DNA of 61,878 nt, filler included, from Sanchytrium tribonematis (lineage: Eukaryota): assembly GCA_018985235.1 (NCBI GenBank). It is 6 parts of 6 records of this genome, joined end to end, with 100 filler letters (N's around TTAATTAATTAA, not from the genome) between each part and the next. Parts side by side here need not be neighbours in the genome. Positions count along the whole stretch, not along the records: positions 25,161 to 55,603 come from JADGIG010000053.1; positions 55,704 to 61,878 come from JADGIG010000548.1; 4 more parts are not named here. The stretch is one strand, 5' to 3'. Shown piece after piece: positions 43,601 to 56,020 of the stretch (position 1 is its first letter; each line of letters opens with the position of its first letter). The notes beneath the pieces were generated by a model. The model ran no database searches, was not told the origin of the DNA, and saw only the letters and a list, made by a program, of their open reading frames with translations. Made by a program: the position numbers and the translations under genes.

Positions 43601-44492
43601 TTATTTTTCATCAAAGTAGGCTAATGTAAGTGCTTTGCGGCAAGAAAGTCTAGCATTCGGATAATAAGTCAAAAGACCTGTTAGGAGCTCACATTGATGT
43701 TCATCTATATCAAGTTTATCTCTTAGGTTTTTAGTTTTGAACTGAGGAAAAGTATTAAATTCTGGAAGTTGAGTAACTCCTGGCCAAATATCATCATTAG
43801 GCGTTCCAAATATTCTATGTTAGCGAAAATTACTCGAATATTTTCCAAAGTTGGTCTATCTCAGAGTCGCCGCGGAACACAGGATCAAATTTTTTGTTCA
43901 GAAGTTCTCCAATTATACATCCAACGGACCAAGAATCTATTCCAAAGCCATATTGCTTTGCACCAAGCATGATTTCCGGTGCTCTATACCATAGTGTGAC
44001 TACCTCATGGGTGTAAGTTCTCATTGGAACACCCACAGCCCTTGCTAATCCAAAATCTGCTACTTTTAAATTTTCTTGATCATCAACAAGAATATTTTGA
44101 GGCTTAAGATCTCTATGAATACATCTCCGGGAGTGAGCAAATGCCATGGCATCCAGCAGTTGTGATGCAAACTTTTTGATTGTTGAATGTGGAAGTCCAG
44201 AAGCTTGATTTTTTTCCATATATTTTTTCAAGTCTGTTGTGCAATATTCAAAAATTAAGTGGATGGAAGGACCATCGCTGATAATATGATGCAAATATAC
44301 AATGTTTGGGTGCTCATGTAATTCTCTTAATATCGATATTTCTCTTAGAGCTGTTGATGGAAAACCTTCTTCGTCATGGTCAGTTCTTATTTTTTTAAGT
44401 GCAACTGTTTGGCTAGTTGCTTTAACAGTGCCTTTCCATACAACACCATAGCTTCCCTCTCCTAATTTTTCCTCTCTATTGTAGTCATTCAT
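43601..44492 (-). CDS. Cyclin-dependent kinase, CDK1/Cdc28-like (PSTALRE variant), 2 exons
   Basis: GEGSYGVV, EGFPSTALREISIL, HRDLKPQN, RTYTHEVVTLWYRAPE, GDSEIDQL; exon 2 IFGTPNDDIWPGVTQLP...YFDEK*. Confidence 0.9.
43815..43833 (-). other. 19-nt spliceosomal intron with a canonical CTAAC branch point
   Basis: GTAATTTTCGCTAACATAG; removal restores KIFE-IFGTP. Confidence 0.95.
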
Positions 44493-44933
44493 AGTTGATT
44501 TTGAAAACTCGAAAGCTTGTCGTCGCAACATGAGTTTCAAAAAAGATAATTTTCGTTATTACAAAACTACAACCTCCTGCTTATTGGTGATTGTAAATAC
44601 ATTTATTCAATTGAGCGTTCTAGTTTGAAGCAAAAGACTTGTTTGCCTTCAATACAAGTTTCAAGAATTACTAAGCCAAATTAGGAAAATAAAATAATAC
44701 AAGGTTGATTTTGTTTATCGTTTCCATAAAAAATTCCACCTCTTAAAATTGAGAACATCAGCAATAGTAAATTGAAGCTTTTTGTAAATCACTCTAATGT
44801 ATCAAAAACACCCTTAATTTTCAAAAGTGAGTATTACCATTTTTAAAATACACATGTAAACCTCATGTAATTATAAATTAAATTAGTAAAATATAAAAAG
44901 AATCTGAAGTATAATACAGTTCCCCACGTTTCG

Positions 44934-46704
44934 ATGGACTGGTCTACTTTTAATGAGAAAGAATCGGAATTTAATTGGGAAAAACGAGATGCTTTGATGA
45001 AGCAACTACAAGAAAATCCAATTGAAATAGATCGCGTTCAATTAGATTATCTTTGTACAACTATTAATAGTCTACGGACAACTTTGCAATTTAGTGCTTT
45101 AAACGCAGTCGAGTCTATCATTAAAAATGTGCCAATTGATAACTATGCAGAAATATTGCTCGCAGCGTTATACAAGGTCATAATTGGCTCTAAAAAAGTT
45201 GTTTCCCAGCCTGCCATTAATGTCGCGACTTGTTTAATTCAGCATACGACTCCAAATAATCGAATCTTGGGAATATTTTCCAATATGTCCCAAGATAAAA
45301 ACGTTGTGTCGAGGACCACGACTGTTCTTCTCTTGACTCACTTTTACAACAATACTTTGCCAACAAATTGGCTTGTGAAAGCAAATACAATGGATTTATT
45401 CTGTAAGATCTTGGACAGATTATTACATGACGCTAGTTCATCTGTAAGAGAGCAAGCTCGAACTTTATTTCTTTTATTTGAATCTACATACACTGTTGAG
45501 TCCAATTTTATTTTGCAAAATGTTCAAGATCATATCGCCAAAGCCATTCTAAGAGAAAGAAGTAAATTAGGATTTAACAAAGTTGAAAAACCAGCCAATC
45601 CAATTGAGGCCATTTCTTCTCCCAAAAAGACGCGATCTTTTGGAGGTTTAAAGCAGAATAGAAGTCGATCGCAAAGCAGGGAGTCCTTGAATTCTAATGG
45701 TTCTATAAAATCAACGCCATCTGCGTATCTTTCTACACCACAATCAAGAGACCCAAATGAAACTGAAGCTTTTTTTGATGAGGTCATGGGTAAGATAAAT
45801 AAGTCGTTTGGAGACCTACACACTGATCTGGCTACTCTTGTCCCGAAAAAAGTGTCTGGAAAAGCTAATATTGAAGGCCAAGAAATATTACTAGTTCCAG
45901 AAGGCCCCAAAGACATTGACATCCCATCAATCGGGGAATATAATATCGAAATTGCTTTAAGTGATGGAGATGTTGAAAATGAAATAGGAACAATACTATC
46001 AAGAACAGAAGATAGATTTTCTATAGAAGATTTTAATAACCTCCTTTCGCTGTCTAAACAAAATCCTATAATAGATGAAGCGACATCAAAAATTTGGAAC
46101 GTCCCCACAACTAATGCCTTGCTTTACAAAATATACCAAATATTGAATGAAACTGAAGAAGATGATTCAAAAGAAGATGCTTTCATCATCTTACAAGAAA
46201 TTGTGGTGAATCAAGGGAAGCTTTTATCTGGAAATGAACCAGAAGTTTTATCTTACGGATTAAAATACCATCTGTTTGATGTTGATTTTGTAAGATATAT
46301 TAATTTAGGTCAAAGCAGCTGGTTTTTATTGCTTTATGGCTTGTATTGAATGCTTAGAACCATCTCGAATGCTTAAATGTGTCTTCGATATCATTCAAAA
46401 AGGAATTGAAGACGAAAATGAGTCAAATGAGCTTCTTGTAGACTTACTGGAAGCTCTTGAAGTTTTGATCAAGAGATATCCATCTGAGGGTTTGAATGAG
46501 AGGAAATCGGCTCTTGTCAAACTCATGTTGTGTGTCATAAATCATCAAGAACCCGCTGTTCGACTATTTGGATATCGAAATCTTGTGTTACTATACCAAA
46601 GATGCGGCTCGAAAGTGTTGAAAGATATTTCTGGACTAATTGATTCCCATCAAGTCGATATATTTCAGGTATACTTGTCTGCGGAAAGTTCGAAAGTTAA
46701 ATAA
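44934..46704 (+). CDS. CLASP/Stu1-like protein (TOG domain, SR linker, C-terminal HEAT region), 2 exons
   Basis: KESEFNWEKRD, SLRTTL, QDKNVVSR, DASSSVREQAR; C-terminal HQEPAVR...LVLLY. Confidence 0.8.
46290..46308 (+). other. 19-nt spliceosomal intron
   Basis: GTAAGATATATTAATTTAG; removal puts 46309 in frame with the ATG at 46336. Confidence 0.9.
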
Positions 46705-46717
46705 AGGAACATGCTTA

Positions 46718-47698
46718 TTAGTTTTTATTTATGTTATATCTGTGGTTAATATTTGAAGATTTGCTGCGATGATATAGAAATAAGCCTATTACAAGCGGCA
46801 AATTAATTAGACTTACAAAAAATAAGCGCCTACTTGCCAAAACACTATTTTCCGCATTTCCTAGAAATTTTAAAACTTTTGGGTTAATGGACGAATTTAA
46901 TTTAAGAGATGCCTCAATAGATTGATGAAATTTATAAGAACACCAAAGCATGGGCAAATTTACCAAAGAGCTGGTTGTAATAAATGTGGACGTTAAATCT
47001 GAATCAAGCAAAGGCATTAGACAGCAAAATAATATATACCGTTGGCTGTATTTTATGGTTAAAAGACTATTTTTAAATGGCTGCGTGATAGAAAGAATAG
47101 GGTATCCCGCGATTGCGTACGACGCTTTTGTGAAATGCGCCAGTGGATTAAAATGTGGAAACTGCCAGATTGCTAAAATAGTGGGAAGTATTAATGAAGT
47201 AATATCAATGCTATCATACCTAGCGCAGTAGCCCATTAAAGGCGGTATAGCTCCTACTAAACTTCCCACCCAAAGACTGGCATGATGAAAACGTTTTAAA
47301 GGCGTGTAAACAAGCGCATAGAGCCCTATAGTCGATGCTCCTAAGATTGCAGTCTTTGTATTAACTGTGGACAGTAGACTTATACCCAATATTCCGCTTC
47401 CCAAACCGACAGCCAAAGCAGTCAGCGGAAGGCACCTACCAGATGTCAAGACTCGAGTACGTGTTCTCACCATTTGAGCATCCATTGGATATTCAAAAAG
47501 CTGGTTTAGTGTATTAGCGCTAAATGCACAAAGACTTGTCCCTGCCACTGTTGTCAAAGCTTGTAAGACTGATCCATTATCTTGCTTGTCATCTCTGTTG
47601 ATCGCATATCCACTTAAAGTCGTGAATACAACCAGTGCGCTCAATCGTGGCTTTCCGAGCTGCCAAATTGAACTGTGTATTAACGGTCGCCAAAACAT
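46718..47698 (-). CDS. COX10: Protoheme IX farnesyltransferase (heme O synthase)
   Basis: LGKPRLSALVV, SANTLNQ..E..D..MVRTRTR, YTPLKR, WVGSLVGAIPPLMG, WQFPHF. Confidence 0.93.
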   Translation of the reverse strand: MFWRPLIHSSIWQLGKPRLSALVVFTTLSGYAINRDDKQDNGSVLQALTTVAGTSLCAFSANTLNQLFEYPMDAQMVRTRTRVLTSGRCLPLTALAVGLGSGILGISLLSTVNTKTAILGASTIGLYALVYTPLKRFHHASLWVGSLVGAIPPLMGYCARYDSIDITSLILPTILAIWQFPHFNPLAHFTKASYAIAGYPILSITQPFKNSLLTIKYSQRYILFCCLMPLLDSDLTSTFITTSSLVNLPMLWCSYKFHQSIEASLKLNSSINPKVLKFLGNAENSVLASRRLFFVSLINLPLVIGLFLYHRSKSSNINHRYNINKN

Positions 47699-47776
47699 TT
47701 TCTCCTGGAAATTTACGTAAGAAAGAAATGTGTTATTTTTTGCAACTTCGTTCAGAATCAGCTGAGACTAAGCTTG

Positions 47777-48532
47777 ATGACCATTTCAGTTGTTCAAGAA
47801 TCCGCCATAGTAGCTAGTCTAATGCTGTCATTTACTTTTGTATTGATTTTGTATGCGGATCCAGAAACTCGTTTTGGAGATTCGTTAGATCCAAAGGTGA
47901 TCAAAAAGCGAGCAATTTTGTCCTTGATCAATTGCATAGCATCTGCTATGTTTATCAAGCTCTATTTTATTTCATTTTTAAATGCCAAAGTCCTTGGCTT
48001 TACAATTTTAGGGATAAATGATTTTCACATAATTTTAAATACATTATTACTCTTTGCTGGGCCCATTTACTCGGAATTTTATTTAGGTACACTGTTCGAA
48101 ATGTCAAATTTCTGGAGATCAATGAGAGCATTAATTTTTGCTCCAATTTTCGAGGAGTTTGTTTTCAGAGCACTTATTGTTCAACTTTGGAAGCATGCTG
48201 GTATTTCTGATACCGTGATTACTTTTGCTTCCCCTCTAATGTTCGGCGTTGCACACATTCATCATTTACTTTACAACATTAAAATTGGGTATTCAATTCC
48301 GACTGCATTAGTTAATTCGATATTCCAAATATTTTACACTTCCATCTTCGGATCTTACCAAGTCCATGCTTACCTGAAAACTGGAAATTATTTCACAATT
48401 GTTCTTACCCACTCTTTTTGCAATCATATTGGCTTTCCTCTTATTTCGACTCATTTTAATAGTGTTCCTTTATCTAAGTTAGTGTATACCTTTGGAATTA
48501 TATTGTTTTATTACACTTTCCCGCGGTCGTGA
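47777..48532 (+). CDS. RCE1: CAAX prenyl protease 2 (CPBP family)
   Basis: APIFEEFVFRA, FGVAHIHH, FQIFYTSIFG, HSFCNHIGFP. Confidence 0.9.
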   Translation: MTISVVQESAIVASLMLSFTFVLILYADPETRFGDSLDPKVIKKRAILSLINCIASAMFIKLYFISFLNAKVLGFTILGINDFHIILNTLLLFAGPIYSEFYLGTLFEMSNFWRSMRALIFAPIFEEFVFRALIVQLWKHAGISDTVITFASPLMFGVAHIHHLLYNIKIGYSIPTALVNSIFQIFYTSIFGSYQVHAYLKTGNYFTIVLTHSFCNHIGFPLISTHFNSVPLSKLVYTFGIILFYYTFPRS

Positions 48533-48577
48533 TACACAATAAATTTGAAACTTAAACTCGTACTCCGTGTGTAACAA

Positions 48578-51500
48578 ATGTCGGATTCCGAAAATGAAGA
48601 CAATTTTACTACTTCACAGGCAGTTGAGGATATCTACCAAAAGAAAACTCAATTGGAACATATTTTACTAAGACCTGATACGTATATTGGATCTGTTGAA
48701 AAAGCTAACCAGGAAATGTGGATTGTGAATGAAAATGGCAAATTGCTCAAGCAAACAGTATCATTTGTACCTGGACTGTATAAAATTTTCGACGAAATAC
48801 TCGTTAATGCAGCTGATAACGCACAAAGAGACAAGAATATGAGGGAAATTAGGGTTGATATTGATGTGAAAGAAAATAAAATAAGTGTCAAAAATGATGG
48901 AAGAGGAATTCCCATTGAGAAGCATAAAGTCGAAAATGTTTGGGTACCTGAGCTTATCTTTGGCCATCTTTTGACTTCTTCCAATTTTAATGACGACCAG
49001 AAGAAAACCACTGGTGGTCGAAATGGATATGGCGCAAAACTTGCAAATGTTTTTAGCAATAAGTTTATTGTAGAGACACTCGATTCCAACACGAAGAAGA
49101 AGTATAGTCAAATCTTTAGATCAAATATGAGTCTTAAAGAGGAACCACTTATAACAAAACTGTCAAAGTGTAAAATTTCAGATGATTACACCAAAATTAC
49201 ATTTTATCCTGACTTACAAAAATTTGGAATGCACTTGCTGGATGAAGACATTGTGGGACTTATGAGAAAGCGAGCATATGATATGGCTGGTACGGTTAAA
49301 AAGGTAGATGTGTATCTAAACGGAGATAAAATTAAAATCAAGGATTTTAAAGGCTACGTTCAATTATATGCTGAAGCTCTGAAGGACGAAAATAATTTGG
49401 AAAATATTCCAAAGATTTTGTTTGATTCTCAACCGAATTGGGAAATAGCTTTACTGCCATCGAATGGACAATTTCAACATTGCGCGTTTGTAAATAACAT
49501 CAGCACATTTAAAGGTGGAGCTCATATAAACAAAACTGCTGATAAATTTGCTGATTACATATCCGAATTCATAAAGAAAAAGCATAAAAATTTGAGGGCG
49601 CTCAAGAATTTTCAAATTAAAAATCAGATGTTTTTGTTCGTCAATTGTTTGATTCAAAATCCCGCGTTTGATTCTCAAACAAAAGAATGCTTGACCACCG
49701 TACAGTCAAAATTTGGATCTAAATACGACCCCGATGAAAGTTTTTTGAAAAAAATTATTTCATGCGAAATTGTCGATCAGATATTGGAATTTGCAAAGGT
49801 TAAAGCTGATAAACAATTGAAAAAGACAGACGGCTCAAAGAGGTCTGTGATCACTGGTATTCCTAAATTGGATGATGCGAATAATGCAGGGACCAAATTG
49901 GCTAAAAATTGTGTTTTAATCCTTACAGAAGGAGATAGTGCGAAAAGTTTGGCTGTTTGTGGCTTGAGTGTTGTAGGCAGAGATAATTATGGCTGCTTTC
50001 CCTTGAGAGGTAAACTACTGAATGTTAGAGATGCAAATGCATCACAGGTTAGTAATAATTCCGAAATTCAAAATTTAAAAAAAATATTGGGCCTCCAACA
50101 AAACAAGAAATATGACAGTGTTGACTCACTCAGATATGGATCCGTCATGATCATGTCCGATCAAGACAATGACGGTTCTCACATTAAGGGTTTGATAATT
50201 AATTTTTTCGATACGTATTGGCCTTCTCTTCTTAAACTCAACGGATTTTTAAAGGAATTTGTGACCCCTATCATTAAAATTACACACAATCGCACTAAAG
50301 AAGAAATCTGCTTTTTCACTTTGCCGGAATATGATACATGGAAGTCAGAAAACGAGAATGGTAAGGGCTGGACAATCAAATACTACAAAGGTTTAGGAAC
50401 TAGTACTGCTGCAGATGCAAAGAAATACTTTCAAAATCTTCAAATTCATCAAAAGCCTTTTCTTCCCATGACTGACGAAGATCGAGAATGCATAACTCTT
50501 GCTTTTTCTAAAAAGAAGGCGGATGAAAGAAAAGTTTGGTTAGCCAACTTCATACCCGGGACGTATTTGGATCATAGTCGTAAACATTTAGCTATTTCAG
50601 AATTTATCAACAAGGAACTTATATTATTTTCTATGGCAGATAATATTAGATCTATTCCGAGTGTTGTAGATGGCCTGAAGCCTGGTCAAAGAAAGGTTTT
50701 GTATTCTTGTTTCAAACGTAATTTAAAGAGCGAGATAAAAGTGGCACAATTGTCGGGATATATTTCAGAACATACTTCATATCATCATGGTGAGCAATCT
50801 TTGAATCAAACTATCGTTAATTTAGCTCAAGATTATGTTGGCAGTAATAACATTAACTTGTTGCAACCTATTGGGCAGTTTGGAACCCGCTTAGCTGGAG
50901 GAAAAGATTCTGCTTCAGCTCGTTACATTTTCACTATGCTTAGTAATATTACCAGGATTGTCTTTAACAGCAATGACGATGAGCTGCTTAATTATTTAAA
51001 TGAAGATGGGGATGACATTGAGCCTGAATATTACATGCCTGTTGTTCCAATGGTTTTGATAAATGGTAGTTCGGGTATAGGAACTGGCTGGTCTTCTTCT
51101 ATACCAAATTACAATCCTGTAGATATTGTAAATAATTTGAAAAGTATGATGAATGGATTCGAACCGGAAGAAATGCATCCTTTTTTTAGAAATTTTAATG
51201 GTAAAATCCAAGTGTTGGGTGATAAAAAATACAAATTTTCTGGAATTTTTGAACGAGACGGGGATAGATGTATTCACGTAAAAGAATTACCTATTGGTTT
51301 CTGGACACAAAATTTCAAAGAACTACTGGAACAATTAATGGTGAAAGATGAAAAGAAAAAGAGTGAGATTATAGTACATGATTACAAAGAATATCATACT
51401 GAAGAAGTAGTTTCTTTTGTGGTAAATTTAACTGATTACGGAGTTAACTTATTTAGAAGCGATGATGAGATTGAGAAAAAATTGAAACTCTCAACTTCAA

Positions 51501-52613
51501 TAAGTGCTACAAATCTAGTTTGTTTCGACCCTCAAGGAAAAATCATGAAGTACGATACTGTTGGTGACATATTGAAAGAATTTTATAATTTGAGATTGTC
51601 TTATTACCGAAAAAGAAAAGTTGCAATGCTGAAAAATATTTCTCAAGACCTTGATATAATATCTCAAAAGGCGAGATTCATACAGCTCATGATTGATGAT
51701 ACCCTCATTATTAAAAATAAGAAAAAAGACACAATTTTTAATGAGCTCGAGTTATTAGGATTTAAAAGAATGGAGGATATCAAAAATTGTTCCGACGAAA
51801 ATCTCGGTAGTTACAACTACTTGTTAAGCATGCCAATCTCTAGTTTTACCAAAGAAAAAATTGACACTCTTTTGAGTGAAAAATCAGGCAAAGAAACCGA
51901 GTTGAGTGAATTACAAGGGAAAACTATCGAAGATTTGTGGAATTACGATTTGGACAAATTTTTGGAAGAACTTCAGAATAAGGAAACCGCCGCCATATTA
52001 GAAAAGCAACGCGACAATAGGAAAAAAACCAAAGGCAAGTCTAAAGTTATTTCAAGTCAAAAAACTATTGAGAAATCTGAAATATCTTTCTTCAAAAGCT
52101 CGAATCTAAAAAAAGATTCTCAATCAAAACTAACTTCGCATTTTCAAACTTCGGCTCCAGTTGATATTGCTGAAAGAATTAGATTAAGACTTGAAAGTCA
52201 AAAAATTAAGAGTAAAAAAGATTAATTTAGGATTAAGTCAGTCTCCCGATAAACCGAATTCTGAGAAGCGACCTTTGGAAGAAGCTACTAGCCCATTATC
52301 AAAGAAGAAAAAAGTTGAAGTCTCTTCCGATGTCAATTTCGATGATGATATCCAAATAGTCGATATAAAGCCTGTCACAAAATCGAAACAAAAAATTATT
52401 AAGAAAAAGAAAGATAGTTTTATGGAATCTGAAAGCGGGATTAGTCTAGACGAATTGAGCGAATCAATAGATATTCCCAGAACGGCACCTCCAAGAAGTC
52501 GAAGTTCAAGAAAGGCAAAAAATAATATTGCAATCGAATCAGATGACACTGCTTCAGATGCAGAATTGTTTTCTGGAGCTTCTGAATCTCAATCGTCCTA
52601 TATGAGTGACTAG
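48578..52613 (+). CDS. TOP2: DNA topoisomerase II, 2 exons
   Basis: YQKKTQLEHILLRPDTYIGS, GGRNGYGAK, LTEGDSA, PLRGK, YYKGLGTS, SASARYI; charged CTD joined by intron 52212-52230. Confidence 0.97.
52212..52230 (+). other. 19-nt spliceosomal intron
   Basis: GTAAAAAAGATTAATTTAG; removal gives KIKR-LSQSPD, in frame with ORF 52191-52613. Confidence 0.88.
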
Positions 52614-52632
52614 TAAATCGTAAATTTAAGTC

Positions 52633-53967
52633 ATGAAAAAATCTTTTTCACTTGAGCTCGTAAATTTAAAAAACACAATAAATGGTCCAAAAGAGAATAG
52701 AATTGAAGTAGAGTATTTGGAAAGCAAAATTATAAGCCTTAAGGACTCACTTTCTTCTTTGGAGTTTAAATACAAAATTGCAACCAAGGATTTGAAAAGG
52801 CAAACAGAGGAACTCGAATTGATTAAGTTCAAATACAATGATGGAGCCGCAACAGAAATTTTGAAATCGAACTTGGCAATAGAGAAATCTTCAAAGCAAC
52901 AAATGAATGAAGCAATAATGCAGCTACAAAGCAAAAAAGTAGAGCTGGAAATTAAATGTAAAAAATTGTTAGAATCACAGCAAACACACAAAGAATTGAT
53001 TGCCGCAAAGGACAATGAGATAGTTCAACTCAAATCCCAAGAAAAAAGAACGCAGTTGGATTCCAACTCGATTTTTTTTAATGCCGAAGAAACAAAATTC
53101 AAGGTTTTGCAATTAGAGCGTGATCTAAAGATGCAGAGCGAGTGCTTCAAGCTACAGCAATTTGAGAATGCAAAGCTGCTCAACGATTTGAATTTATTGA
53201 AAGAAAAAGACAGTCTTCTTATAAATGGCGTGGACGAGTTACAAAAGTCAATTTGTTACCTTGAAGAAAATAAGAAAAATACAGAATTGTCGCTGAAAGA
53301 AACGTTAAAGCGATTGAATGAAATCGAGAAGGAAAAAAATAACGAAATTGGGCAGCTAACTGCAACAATTTTGGAACAAAATTATAAAATACAAGCCTTG
53401 TCAACTAATCTGGAAATGCAGATATTATCCACATTTTCTGCAAATCAGGATCTTTCAGAATGTCAAAAGAAATTAGAAAATTCGAAGCAGCATGTAAATA
53501 GCTTAAGAATTGAGGTTGCGTCAAAAGCTGAGGCACTAAGAGAAATTGAAGAAAACACCCTCATATTGCAAAAAGATTTTGCCATAGCAAAGGAAAAGCT
53601 CAAAGAAGCGCTTTTAATTAACCAGACTCCTATAATTGAAACCAAATATATTACTCAATCAGTCTCAATTGAAAACCCAGTGAATCTGATTCTTCAGTCG
53701 GAATTGGAAAAATCAAAGATAAAAATTCTAGCATTGGAGAAAATTATCCAGTCACATAAAGATACAGAAGAAAGTCAGATCCTGCTCAAGAAGATGATAT
53801 TTGAAATGAAATGTAGATGTGGCAATAGTTTGTACCCTTGTATATTTCTGGAGTGTGGCCATTCTACATGTGAATCATGCGCAACTATATGCAAGACATG
53901 CAATGGAAATAGAAAGATAATTTGTAGAAACTTTAAGTTGGAGCACATTTATATGCTTACAAAATAA
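52633..53967 (+). CDS. Long coiled-coil protein with a C-terminal RING-like finger
   Basis: E/K/L-rich heptads; CRC...CGHSTCESC...CKTC. Confidence 0.75.
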   Translation: MKKSFSLELVNLKNTINGPKENRIEVEYLESKIISLKDSLSSLEFKYKIATKDLKRQTEELELIKFKYNDGAATEILKSNLAIEKSSKQQMNEAIMQLQSKKVELEIKCKKLLESQQTHKELIAAKDNEIVQLKSQEKRTQLDSNSIFFNAEETKFKVLQLERDLKMQSECFKLQQFENAKLLNDLNLLKEKDSLLINGVDELQKSICYLEENKKNTELSLKETLKRLNEIEKEKNNEIGQLTATILEQNYKIQALSTNLEMQILSTFSANQDLSECQKKLENSKQHVNSLRIEVASKAEALREIEENTLILQKDFAIAKEKLKEALLINQTPIIETKYITQSVSIENPVNLILQSELEKSKIKILALEKIIQSHKDTEESQILLKKMIFEMKCRCGNSLYPCIFLECGHSTCESCATICKTCNGNRKIICRNFKLEHIYMLTK

Positions 53968-53972
53968 ACTGA

Positions 53973-54905
<933 letters not shown>

Positions 54906-54959
54906 TAAAAATTTCTCAAATCCTTGATTTTGATTGGGTTAAAATTTTCATTTAACCTG

Positions 54960-55603
54960 ATGTCTAATTTGCAAAATGAAATGCTGCCTCAAGATATTAT
55001 CACCGAAATATTTCTAAGAACAAATCATATGGAGACTTGTATTGCAGATAACAAACTTTACGAAGCCACATTAATACGAAAACATAATCCTATGCGTCTT
55101 CATTTACGAATTGACAAGCAAATTGATTTATTTATAGATTATCGATTTGGATGGAAAGTTTTCATAGGAGATGTAGAGCTTGGTACCTTTAAAAATTCTC
55201 AAGATTTAATTACAATAATATCAAATTTTATAACATCCTCCATTACGTTTTCATTAATTGGGGATATTGCAATATCTCTTAATGGTTGGCAAAAAACAAC
55301 TGGATTTCTAAAACCATTCGCATTATTAGTAGAGGGTACATTGGAAGAGAAAATGTCAAACGTCATTGAAATATATTGTCAGACTTTGAAATTAAAATAC
55401 CTCAAAGATATCAAATACGATAATGACTTTATAATATACAAATCAGACGATGTGTGGATACTGCTGTATGACCAAGAGGTAGCGGTGTCTACATTTCATT
55501 TCGATTTTATTTTATCACTCTTAGCGCAAACAGGGATCTTTTTGACTGACATGCATTGTAGAAGTAATGGTGTAGTCACCAGCTTTTACATCATTAATGA
55601 ATG
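54960..55603 (+). CDS. Hypothetical protein with an F-box-like N-terminus (3' truncated)
   Basis: LPQDIITEIF motif; ORF runs into the linker. Confidence 0.45.
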
Positions 55604-55703
55604 NNNNNNNNNNNNNNNNNNNNNNNNNNNNNNNNNNNNNNNNNNNNTTAATTAATTAANNNNNNNNNNNNNNNNNNNNNNNNNNNNNNNNNNNNNNNNN
55701 NNN
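55604..55703. other. Artificial contig linker
   Basis: N run with a central TTAATTAATTAA. Confidence 0.97.
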
Positions 55704-55705
55704 AT

Positions 55706-55996
55706 TATGAGAGTCAGAAGCCGTATGATCCAAAAAAGAGTGATTTATATTCATTTGGAATCATGGTGGCGCAGTATGCTATAGGAACATCATTGAGTGA
55801 TTTAACTTGTACAAAAGATATATTCGAAAACACGACATTTTCAAAAACTTTTATTGAGTTTATTGCTAAATTAGTTAAATGTGAACCAGGAAAGAGAATG
55901 ACAGCTGAAGAAGCTTTAAAACATTCATTTTTAGTGAGTAAATCAAGAAATAGAGGGAAAAGAACCAGCAGAAAGAGAAAGCTAAATAGTAAATGA
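55706..55996 (+). CDS. C-lobe fragment of a Ser/Thr protein kinase (5' truncated)
   Basis: YDPKKSDLYSFGI (subdomain IX) and EPGKRMTAEEALKHSFL (subdomain XI). Confidence 0.8.
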   Translation, partial: YESQKPYDPKKSDLYSFGIMVAQYAIGTSLSDLTCTKDIFENTTFSKTFIEFIAKLVKCEPGKRMTAEEALKHSFLVSKSRNRGKRTSRKRKLNSK

Positions 55997-56020
55997 ATTT
56001 AAATATATTAATTATTTACA

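Noticed and set aside
6058..52613. Genome-wide TAG (or TAR) reassignment to a sense codon
   Set aside because: TAG terminates sideroflexin (after FNRGL) and LC8 (after LFKSG) at their conserved ends. TAA and TGA are also normal stops, and conserved genes have no in-frame TAR.
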